DNA of 30,198 bases from assembly GCF_006345805.1 (NCBI RefSeq), contig NW_021832645.1:1-30198 (forward strand), read 5' to 3'. The translations under genes and the position numbers were made by a program. The stretch's first letter is position 1, and each line of letters starts with the position of its first letter. This stretch comes from Octopus sinensis (taxonomy: Eukaryota). A model generated the notes under the pieces. It made no database searches. It saw only the letters and a program-made list of their open reading frames with translations, and was not told the origin of the DNA. Shown piece by piece: positions 10,987 through 21,255 of this stretch.

Positions 10987-11032
10987 ACATTAATATATAT
11001 GTGTGTGTGGTGTGTGTGTGTGTGTGTGTATA

Positions 11033-11237
11033 GTTAATCCAAACATGAAAACAAAGAGAAAACACAACAACGCGAAGGCGTGGAACAAGTATAGTGTTAT
11101 TGGACGCTCAGGAAAGGTAAGAAAGCAGGAGGATTTAACGTTTCAAGCGGACCTCTTCGTCAGAAACATAGGAAAAGGAAAGATTCAAGGAAGGGAAGAC
11201 GGAGGAAAAAATTGCCAACGATACACACGCAGTCACA
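11033..11237 (-). mobile_element. Family D hammerhead-bearing repeat
   Basis: GTTAATCCAAACATGAA...AACAACGCGA.G.CGTGGAACAA.TATAGTGTTATTGGA shared with the 10560 copy; abuts (TG)n-TATA. Confidence 0.75.
11133..11167 (-). ncRNA. Minimal hammerhead motif (weakened stem II)
   Basis: Minus strand GTTT-CTGACGA-A-GAGG-TCC-GCTT-GAAA-C-GTT-AAAT. Confidence 0.55.
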
Positions 11238-11247
11238 TATTGAATAT

Positions 11248-11578
11248 ATTCTTTGTAAGCCTAGTATTTATTCTACCGGTCTCTTTAGCTGAACCGCTAA
11301 GTAACGGGGACGTAAACACACCAGCATCGGTTGTCAAGTGATGTTTTGGAGGACAAACCCAGACACACAAACATATACACACACATACATATATACGACG
11401 GGCTTCTTTCAGTTTCCGTCTACAAAATCCACTCATGGCTTTGGTCGGCCCGAGGCAATAGTAGAAGACACTTGCCCCAGGTGCCACACAGTGGCACCTT
11501 GGGCAAGTGTCTTCTGCTATAAACCTGGAAATATGTGGTTCGTAAGCAAGCTACTTACCACACAGCCACTCCTACGCC
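11248..11578 (-). mobile_element. SINE family B (3'-truncated) with internal fold-back
   Basis: Family B body and head; 30-bp inverted repeat at 11458-11520. Confidence 0.85.
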
Positions 11579-12623
11579 TATAAACATACAAACATATATA
11601 TATATATATAAAATTAAATATACAACCGAAAGAGCTACTAATGGTTTCATGCTATTATGATACTTGAACACTTACATATACACACAAACACACACACATA
11701 TAAACATACATACCATACGTACATGCATACATACACATAGATACACGCTCACACATCTACGTTGACATAAGCAAAAGCAATAACAATAACAGCGACAACA
11801 GCAACAACGTCAGTATCAGAACTAACAATAATAATAACAAGAACAACAACAAAAAATGTAATATGGAAACCCAGGATTGCGTGTAAACCTTCTAATCTAC
11901 GTAAGACTTTACTTAGTGTTGAAAAAGAAAAAAAGAAAATACACTTGTCAAATGCGAATAAGAAAATTAATTATTGGCTTACCAACGCTAAGATTGAAAC
12001 GAGTCATTAAATGTGTGATTACCCGATGGCTCGACCTCCTAGATATAGCAGCTAAATTTCATTTAGATCTCTCACTACAGGCCAACAAAAGTTAAAACTG
12101 CATTACGTACGAGAATAATTGGTGCGTCACTCCTGGAATCAATTTACACATACGCTTGATCAGTCGAGGCTGAACAGAGGCTAAGTAATAACACCTAATA
12201 TCGAAAATTTTTTATAGCAGTCTTAGTTGGAGATAAACTGGCTGAACCCCCTGCGGGGGCTGAAACCAATCGACTGATATTAGCAAAAGAGAGTGAAAAT
12301 ACTGGAATATACGCTAATAACTCCTTAGCAACAGAGGCGATTAACTGAATGTAAAACAATAATCAATAAAACATTCGGCCAGTACCAAAAACGCATTGAA
12401 CAAGAAAATGAGAATTCCGTCAAATCAAGTTATATAGTCATTTGTTAAAAAGGGCATGGATATGGTATTCAGGAGAAACTAAAACGAGAAGAAACAGCCT
12501 AACCAATGCCAAGTGTGAACAAAATCGAAGCTTAAAATCGTCTGGTTCTTACTTTATTCTTCCGGGTTCTAATTTGCCTATGAAAACTCTGATATAAATG
12601 AAATTTTGTGAAATTAATTTGTA

Positions 12624-12785
12624 GGCGTAGAAGTGGTTGTGTGGTAAGTAGCTTGCTTACCAGCCACATGGTTCCGGGTTTAGTCCCACTGCGTGGCACC
12701 TTAGGCAAGTGTCTTCTAATATAGCCTCGGGCCGACCAAAGTGGATTTGGTTGACGGAAACTAAAAGAAGCCCGTCGTATATATG

Positions 12786-12820
<35 letters not shown>

Positions 12821-12845
12821 TGTGTGTGTGTGTGTGTGTGTGTAT

Positions 12846-12900
<55 letters not shown>

Positions 12901-13107
12901 TGTGTCTGTGTTTGTCCCCCCAAACATCGCTTGACAACCGATGCTGGTGTGTTTACGACCAGTAACTTAGCGGTTCGGCAAAATAGACCGATAGAATAAG
13001 TACTAGGCTTGCAAAGAATAAGTCCTGGGGGCGATTTGCTCGACTAAAGGGGGTGCTCCAGCATGGCTGCTGTCAAATGACTGAAACAAATAAAAGAGTT
13101 AAGAGTA
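12624..13107 (+). mobile_element. SINE family B, full length
   Basis: GGCGTAGAAGTGGTTGTGTGGTAAG head, internal (TA)n(TG)n, tail TAAAAGAGTTAAGAGTA. Confidence 0.9.
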
Positions 13108-13704
13108 ACTTCTTGAAAGTATGCCCTCATTTCATTGGGAAATAATTCATGTGAATTAATGCTAACTAAAAGTGAAGCCATCAAACTAATTACTGACCAC
13201 TATTTTGAGATCAAATGCAGAAATTTGAGAGAATAATTCTGGTGTGATGCATTTCGTTAAGGATACGTAAAATTTCCAAGAGGAATATTGTATTATATTG
13301 TAATATAGCTTCTATCGGATATGTTTCACCCAAGTGAATAGACGCCCAAATCCGTTCACCACATTTTTTAAGTCTTGTGTTCTCCGCGAAAAGGGACTTT
13401 ATCATTCTAGAATGATGCTTAGCCAAAATAAAAGTGCCTAGCAATATATACCAATTGCCAACCCATATATTATTCAAATGTTATGAAGGACGCTATTTGT
13501 ACTTGAAAATTGCGGAGAGGAAATTCTGTAATAATAAATTTTCTGATTTAATTTTCTTTATACTGTAATAATAAAGAAAATTAAATCAGAAAATCCTTCA
13601 CCATAAACAAAAACAAATATAGTCATTTTCTGTTCACAGGCAGATCAGTGGCCCTTAGATATCTATAGTATTTACAAACGGAGGCACATTCACTATATCA
13701 GAAA

Positions 13705-14321
13705 AAGGTGGCGAGCTGGCAGAAACGTTAGCACGCTGGATGAAATTCTCAGTGGTATTTCGTCTGCCGCTACGTTCTGAGTTCAAATTCCGCGGAGGTC
13801 GACTTTGCCTTTCATCCTTTCGGGGTCGATTAAATAAGTACCAGTTACGGACTGGGGTCGATATAATCGACCTAATCCCTTTGCCTGTCCTTGTTTGTCC
13901 TCTCTGTGTTTAGCCGCTTGTGGGTAGTAAAGAAATAGAAATAAGTATTTCGCTACGTTCTGAGTTCAAATTCCGCCGAAGGCGGCGAGCTGGCAGAAAC
14001 GTTAGCACGCCGGGCGAAATGCTTTGCGGTATTTCGTCTCCGTTACGTTGTGAGTTCAAATTCCGCCGAGGTCGACTTTGCCTTTCATCCTTTCGGGGTC
14101 GATAAATTAAGTACCAGTTACGCACTGGGGTCGATGTAATCGACTTAATACCTGTCTGTCCTTGTTTGTCCCCTCTGTGTTTAGCCCCTTGTGGGTAATA
14201 AAGAAATAGGTAAATTAAGTACCAGTAATGCACTGAGGTCGATGTAATCGACTTAATCCGTTTTTCTGTCCTTGTTTGTCCCCTCTATGTTTAGCCACTT
14301 CTGGGCAATAAAGAAACAGAT
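13705..14321 (+). mobile_element. SINE family A composite (two heads, three tails) with 19-bp TSD
   Basis: Perfect TSD ACATTCACTATATCAGAAA at 13686-13704 and 14322-14340; second head AAGGCGGCGAGCTGGC at 13979. Confidence 0.92.
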
Positions 14322-14921
14322 ACATTCACTATATCAGAAATGAAAAAAACCGCAGTAAGTTTTGCTGGGATAGTATCAATATAACCGTTGTGGCTACAGC
14401 GATGGCAGCTACAGTATATTTGATCCGTAAGTGTAAAACTTGAAAACCGTCACTAGAAACTTCTACACCAGCAGCAACATTAATTTTCTAAATATGACTC
14501 CGATGAAAACAATGACTGAGAAGCATAGAGTTTGTTGAAATAGGAATTGAAGGATACGTTGAATTCCTTCGACAGTATATTGTAATCCGCATGTGTCGTA
14601 GAACACGGACGGAGCAGTCTGCTGTTAGCATCTTATGATAATTCTGTTTGTCACTCCCTTACTTAGCCCGTCCGTAACGCTTCCACATGATTAGTTGAAG
14701 TGGGTAGGAATGGAAGGAGTTGGGTGGTAAGGAGCGGGGAGAGGGGATGCGAGTGGGGAAGAATAGGAGGAGATGGGAAGGATAGATGAGGAAATGTGAG
14801 AGGTGGTGGTGAGTGCAATGCGTAATTTTTTAACTTAAGTTTCTGAAATAACCCAAGAAGTTTACCATGAATTCCGTGAAATATTTATGGGTTCCGCTAG
14901 TGGAAATAATTGTAAAATAAT

Positions 14922-15106
14922 TCTGGCACCAGCAAGGAATTTTGTGAGGAAGGGTTAGTCGATTAAATCAATTCCAGTACATGACTTTATTTATCACCCT
15001 GGAGAAGATGAAAGGCAAAGGTGACCTCGGTAGTATTTGAACTCAGAACATAAGGAATCGGATTAAATACCGCAAACACTTTCGATTCTGCCAATATATC
15101 GTCCTT
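14922..15106 (-). mobile_element. Older SINE family A copy
   Basis: GATGAAAGGCAAAGGTGACCTCGG..ATTTGAACTCAGAAC is the reverse family A core. Confidence 0.75.
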
Positions 15107-15109
15107 GTA

Positions 15110-15485
15110 GGGCGGTGAGCTGGTAGAATCTTTAGCACGCCGGGCGAAATGCTTAGGGGTATTTCGTCTGTCTGTATGTTCTCAGTTCAAATTCTGCCGA
15201 GGTCGACTTTGTCTTTGATCCTTTCGGGGTCGATAAATTAAGTAGCAGTTACGCTCTGGGGTTGATGTACTCGACTTAATTCCTTTGTCTGTCCTTGTTT
15301 GTCTCCTCTATGTTTAGCCCCTTGTGGGTAGTAAAGAAATAGGTATTTCGTCTGTCGTTACGGTCTGAGTTCAAATTCCACCGAAGTCGACTTTCGGAGT
15401 CGATAAATTAAGTACCAGTTATGCACTGGGGTCAATCTAATCGACTGGCTCCCTCCTCAAAAATTTTGTGTCTAGTGTAGAAAAG
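15110..15485 (+). mobile_element. SINE family A dimer, head-to-head with the older copy
   Basis: Head, unit with tail 1, unit with tail 2. Degenerate TSD AATATATCGTCCTT (15093-15106) / AATATATCACCCTT (15486-15499). Confidence 0.85.
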
Positions 15486-16260
15486 AATATATCACCCTTA
15501 AACTTTGAAAAAAATTACACCATGTGTATCGTTAAAGAAATCCTAAGTAAAAATGCTTTACCATAGACAAATGGGGATAATGTAGACCAGTGACAGCTAT
15601 ATTTCATATGGAAGAGTATCCTTTATAAATTAGGAATAGAGAATATCAAAGAAAATTCTTATGCCTATAAACAAAGGATTGTGAGACGGGCAATGTGACT
15701 AGATAAGACAATGCGTTTCGGCTTTGCAGAAGTAAGGTTGAAGATATGGACCACATTATTTGCAGCAACCTTAAAATAACACGCTGCAAACATTCCCATA
15801 AAGATTGATACTATACAATTTATCCCGAGGTTAGCACTGATCGAACAAACCTATGATCAAAAGAATTGCATCAGTAATCCTTCCGCTTTTGTTTTTAGAA
15901 CAATACAACATACAATTGCTATTTGGACAGATGTTATGCCTCTTCCGAAAATTTTAACGTCGCTGTCAATGTAGAAGAGTGTGGTAGAGGTTAGTTTCTA
16001 AGTTTTATAGAGAGGGCTCAAATATAGGGCAACATTTATCCATATTGTCAAAGAAAGAAAAATTAAAGAATATTAGTAAAACAGTCGAACATATATTGTT
16101 GCATATTGATTTCTTATATACAGACACTTCAAAGGTAAATAGACACTCCTCGTTAAACTATTTTACCTGTGTTGACACTACCTGATGCTTTAAACTTGTT
16201 AATGTATTATTATTTTCTCATCTCAGATTACAGAAACCTAATCATTTATAGCAACTAGCC

Positions 16261-16584
16261 ATGTCGCAAACGCCAGAAGTAAAACTATTATCTGATTCAA
16301 AGATGTATTGGTGTCATCTGAGGGTAGACTTAGCCAGAGTAAGATTGCACAAAACCTTGGGCTTCCTCTTGATACAGTCAACAAAGAGATTGCACAATTC
16401 TCTAGCAAAGGAAAGGAATCAACAGCATCCCATTCAGGTCACCCTGGGGCCTCTGAACAACATGCTGATCGCAAGATGTGAAGCCTGGGCAGAAATTCCA
16501 AACGAAGCAATTTTTTATCACATTAGAACGATACCCAAACCGATCAAATTACAAACTGCAAAATGTATGTCTACTAACAATTAG
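16261..16584 (+). pseudogene. Internally deleted Tc1-like transposase relic
   Basis: The frame from 16320 gives EGRLSQSKIAQNLGLPLDTVNKEIAQFSSKG..SHSGHPG (HTH plus GRPR-like motif). The listed frame ends EAWAEIPNEAIFYHIRTIPKPIKLQTAKCMSTNN*, resembling the Tc1 C-terminus WxxIP..MPxR..AKGxxTKY. Confidence 0.6.
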
Positions 16585-16637
16585 ATAAAGTATTTAAAAG
16601 CATCAAATGACATTTCATTTCTACAAAAATGAAGGCA

Positions 16638-16830
16638 ATTCTACGTGATACAGAGTGTGACAAGGCTGGCCCTTTGAAATACAGGCACTACTCATTTTTG
16701 CCAGCTGAGTGGACTGGAGCAACGTGAAATAAAGTATCTTGCTCAAGGACACAACGTCTCGCCTCGAATTGAACTCACGATCTTACGATCGCGAGCCGAA
16801 TATCCTAACCACTAAGCCACGTGCCTTCAC
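16638..16830 (-). mobile_element. tRNA-derived SINE family G, 5' half (inverted)
   Basis: Minus strand GTGAAGGCACGTGGCTTAGTGGTTAGG (A-box), GAGTTCAATTC (B-box), CORE-like TTGTGTCCTTGAGCAAGATACTT. Confidence 0.85.
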
Positions 16831-16882
16831 TTTTGTAGAAATGAAATGGCATTTGATGCTTTATATACTCTATCTAGTTGGT

Positions 16883-16976
16883 AGGGTACACGTGACTGTG
16901 GAGTGCTCAGCCACATGCATGTTAATTCCACGAGCAGGCTGTTCCGTTGGTCGGATCAACTGGAATCCTCGTGCCA
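16883..16976 (+). mobile_element. Probable 3' half of the same SINE G, in the original orientation
   Basis: AGGGTACACGTG...GGATCAACTGGAATCCTCGT is recalled as this family's 3' part. It is followed by the TSD-like CATTTTTACAAA (16977-16988; cf. CATTTCTACAAA 16616-16627). Confidence 0.6.
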
Positions 16977-18161
16977 CATTTTTACAAATAAAACTTTGAA
17001 AAATAATCGTGTGTACTTGCTTTTGAGAGAACTGTGTGTAATAACCAAATCGTCCACTGTATTCATCTTTATGTACCCCAGTGGTTATGTATTATTGGAA
17101 GAACACTTGGCTGCTACTAATAGCAAATTTGCAGTGGTGAAAAAGACTCACTCATTATGTTGTCGTAACTGCGTAGAAACACCATTGTTCGTTCGGTCAA
17201 CATGACCATGTCGAGTTCCTTGAAGGATAGTCATGAAAGACTTGTTTACGTGACAAACTGCTTCAAAATCAATCTTCAAAAGCTGTGTTTTATAATAATG
17301 GACAGGGATTGATTAATTCGCAAACTTCAAATCTGATAATTTAAACGTTAATGGATCTGCAAAACGTCCCGGAAATACAACAGCTGTACTCCTATACGCG
17401 AACATACATAGATGCACACTCTTACACACACTCCCTTTCTCTCGCATGCTTGCATCTATTCTCCACAATATGGCTGATATTCGCTTATAAGCGTAAAGCA
17501 GACTTTGTCATTAAGATGCTCACTTGACAGCTATGTGGTTCTAGTTTCATTTCCTCTTCGTAGCAATTAGGGCAAATGCTATCTACCTTAGTCTGAGGTT
17601 GACCAATGCCTTGCAGGGTTTAATATAAACAAGAGAAATACTATATTGAAACTTGTTACGAGGGTGTGTACGCGCTTGCGTATGCAGAAACAGCGTAACA
17701 GAATACCTGAGATGGCTTTACGTTTTGAATTACAGGTATATTATTGTGACGAGCTTCTATACGGCTTGCATTTAAGCGGTTTCTATAGAGATGGGGTTAT
17801 GGAAAATGACATCTGCCCATGATGCCACCAATTGAAATAAAGCGAACAACCCCGTGATTTGAATGTATTCCTTATCTATTCTTCCAAATGCGTCACTAAA
17901 TGTAAGCATACATATATGCGTAAATGTGTGGGTGCGTATCTGTGTGTGTGTGTTGGTGTGTGTGTGTGTTTATGTGTGTGTGTGTGTGTGTGTTTGTATG
18001 TGTGCGCGCGTGTGTGTGTGTGTGTATACACAGATATATATAGATATATCTACGGCCTTCGACTTTTTCTATCCAAAAGGGGTTTCTGCCCAATATTAAC
18101 ATGCGATTATTTATAGCTTTTTGTGCGTGCCTCGAGATATACTATTCCCAAAAATTAGATA

Positions 18162-18674
18162 TCTATATATATAAAACTGTAGTTGTGTGAGTGTCTGTCC
18201 CCTTCGATTTAGATTCCTAACTACTCCCACATTTTGCGGTGCAGTTTAACCAAATTCGGGTATCTTATAGTCGTGATTCATATCGAGCCCGTCTGGCTAT
18301 TAGCGCGCGTCTACGATGAGTCTACGATTTTAAAAATAATTTAACATCATTTTTTATTCCATTTTAATGCATAATTTTTCGTGTGTCGATGGCGGCGGAT
18401 TTGGCGTCCATGGTCACACCGGCACCTGTTTGCTTCTCCCCCTTCTTCCCTACCTCGTGAAGCTGTGGGGAAGGGAGTGTAAGGAAATCAACGTCGTAAA
18501 GCGTTGTCAAGGAGACCAGCGTTCTTTTAGAACAACGACTTCATGGCTTGAAGACACCAAAACAGAAATGGCTAAGAAAGCCCGAATTGGCATCTATAAG
18601 GGAAGTAACTCTCTAAAAATGCTTATATAGTTATTTCCCTTACAAACCCGAGCAACGCCGGGCGATACTGCTAG
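18162..18674 (+). mobile_element. Non-autonomous Helitron (513 bp)
   Basis: 5' TCTATATATATAAAA, 3' CTAG, subterminal hairpin CCCGAGCAACGCCGGG (18647-18662), inserted between A and T, no TSD. Confidence 0.88.
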
Positions 18675-18704
18675 TATATATATATATTTATACACACACA
18701 CATA

Positions 18705-19839
18705 TTGGGTCATCCATAAGTAATGCGTTCTTTTTAATGCATTAATTTAATGTCGGAGGGGGACGGGATAAGCTACCTACATCAACTTACTATAAAAGCA
18801 GGTTAATAAGTTTACCTGAGACTTATTCTTTGTGCAAGTTCTGAAGAGTGCAGTTCAATTTTAACAGCTATTCTTTGAAAATTATAATGGAAGTGACAAA
18901 GGGGTATTCAGTATATTTTGCTTTATGAGTTCAATAAAAGCAACAACGCAACGGAAAGTGCGAGGAATATTAATGCAGTATATGGGGATCCGACAATAAG
19001 CGTAAGCCAGTGTCAACGGTGGTCCCAGAAATTCCGTGCCGGAAACTACAGCCTAGAAGACGAACTTCATCCTGGAACATCTGTAGAACTCGACGAGGAC
19101 GTCCTGCAAACACTGGTCGAAAAAAATTTCATCGTAACTTTTGAGGAACTAGCAGAGAAGCATGGATATGGTCATGAAACTATTCATCGATATCTGCACG
19201 CCATCGGAAAAGTCAGTAAATTGGGTCAATGGGTTCTTCACAAACTTTCTCAGTCTAATGGCGCGCAGAGAGTGAATGTGTGTTCTTCTTTGCTGTCACG
19301 TTTCACGAATAAATCTTTTTTTGGACCGAATATTGACAGGTGACGAGAAATGGGTTCTCTATAAAATTGTCAAGCGCCAAGACAGAGAAACACCGGTAAC
19401 CCAGGCTAAAGAAGGTGTTCATCCCCGTAAGGTGTTGTTATCAGTTTAGTGGGATATGAAAGGTTTAGTCCACTTCGAACTTTTAAACTCAAACCAAACG
19501 ATAACATAGGAGAACTATTGCGAACAGCTTGGGCGGCTTAAGTCAGCGCTAGAAGAAAAACGACTATCTTTGGTTCCAAGACGAAAAGTGTTCGTCCATA
19601 AGGATATTGCTCGGCCACATACAGGGAAGAAGACATTCCAAAGGCTGGAGAAGTTTGAATGGGAAACGGTGCCCCACCCATCACATTCGTCGGACATTGC
19701 CCTATCTGATTATCATTTATTCTGCATTCTTCAAAATCATTTGAACATAAAAAATATGAATCCTGTAGACGAGGTTAGAACAGTACTGGGAGAGTATTTT
19801 TCGTCACGGACATGTGAATTTTGGAAGAGGGGCTTCCAA
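18705..19839 (+). mobile_element. Mariner (DD34D) transposon, 3'-truncated
   Basis: TA followed by TIR-like TTGGGTCATCCATAAGTAATGCG, then a transposase relic. No matching right TIR was seen. Confidence 0.9.
18887..19839 (+). pseudogene. Mariner transposase pseudogene
   Basis: WVLHKL (cf. WVPHEL), TGDEKW, HKDIARPH, SSDIALSDYHLF, with 34 residues between the second and third Asp. Frameshifts near 18905 and 19320 and two in-frame TAG stops. Confidence 0.92.
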
Positions 19840-20215
19840 GAAGGAGATAAATCAACTAGAATACAGTTGACAACTTCCAATGGATTAAATTCTAAATGGT
19901 TGAAGACTACATGCTGCACAAAATCTTCTAAGTATAAATAACCACGTCACCACTCCTTTATCTTGACCCCCCTCCCCACTATTTTTCTTCTGCCACTCAC
20001 TAAATTATAGTAGGCTTAATAAGATATGCTTAAGATATGCTTTATTTTCTCAAGTCATTCTGCAACAGATTTAACATAAGGAAACAATGTAGTTTATTTT
20101 GCTTTCTATTATTGATGTAAATTTGCTAAAAATGGTTTATCTTTTACGTTTGAAATCAATATTATCATCTGCATCTGAAGAGAGCGGTTTCTTTCAAACT
20201 GATGTAATGTTTTCA

Positions 20216-20289
20216 TCTTCTACTATAGCCCCGAGCTGACCAAGGCCTTCTGGATGAATTTGGTAGACGGAAACTGAAAGAAGTCCATC

Positions 20290-20361
<72 letters not shown>

Positions 20362-20520
20362 GTGTGTGTGTGTGTGTGTGTGTGTGGTGTGTTTGTAGAA
20401 TAAGTACCAGATAGAATAAGTACCAGGCTTAAAAAGAATAAGCCCGAGGTCGATCTGTTCGACTAAAGGCGGTGCTCCAGTCAAATGACTGAAACAAATA
20501 AAAGAATAAAGGAATAGAAT
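20216..20520 (+). mobile_element. SINE family B, 5'-truncated and internally deleted
   Basis: TCTTCTACTATAGCC...GGAAACTGAAAGAAG, microsatellite, GTCAAATGACTGAAAC tail. Confidence 0.85.
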
Positions 20521-20855
20521 ATTGATCAGCTATCTATAATAGATTTTTATCAATTTCATTTTTTGTTTGATCAGTGAATTCTTTTACCATTTGTATATAA
20601 CAAAACCCATGGAAATTTCACACTTAATAGATATTCTTTTCTTCTGGATGCAAAAATCTCATAGGGCTTCATAATATTCTTTCATCATAATTTTAAATGC
20701 GTAACACTCGTACATATTTCGTGACAAGCAGAATAATATAGATATTGCGTTTATGATCGCGTTAGATGTTCATAGTTAAGATAGATTTTACTGAAGGCGT
20801 TACATCGAAACACCGCGTTACATCGATACAGAATAAAATTTATAGACAAAGACAA

Positions 20856-21066
20856 AAGGCAGCGAGCTGGCAGAATTATTAGCATGTCGGAAAAATACTT
20901 TGCGGTATTTCTTCTGGTTCTTCTGAGTTAAAATTCTGACGAGGTCCATTCTGCCTTTCGCCTTTTCAAGGTCGATAAAATAAATACCATTTGAGCATCG
21001 ATACCAATGTTATCGACTTGCACTCTTCACTAAAAGTCGCTGGCCTTGTTTCAAAATTGGTAAGAA
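20856..21066 (+). mobile_element. Diverged SINE family A monomer
   Basis: AAGGCAGCGAGCTGGCAGAA head, GTCGATAAAATAAATACCA core, GCTGGCCTTGT tail 2. Confidence 0.8.
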
Positions 21067-21255
21067 TATTATACACAAAAAGTTACGCGTATAATTTCGT
21101 ACATGTATAAATGCATAAATGCAAACAGCTTCTCTAACTTTTGGTCATATAGAATTAGTAAACCGTTTTATGAATGATAATTTAATATCATACGGATGGC
21201 AAGGTCGACAAGCAACCGGACAAATAAACTGACAGGAGTAGTCTGTATTCTATAA

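Noticed and set aside
12020-12195. Possible further old repeat family (also ~15820-15890 minus, 24450-24615 plus)
   Set aside because: Only short GATCAG..GCTGA..GGCTA-like similarity; too diverged to delimit by eye.
14722-14758. G-quadruplex candidate in a purine-rich stretch
   Set aside because: Four G-runs but loops up to 11 nt in low-complexity sequence; nothing supports function.
20797-20831. Small tandem duplications (18 bp here; 12 bp x3 near 5102; 11 bp near 20020; 16 bp near 20397)
   Set aside because: Ordinary slippage duplications.
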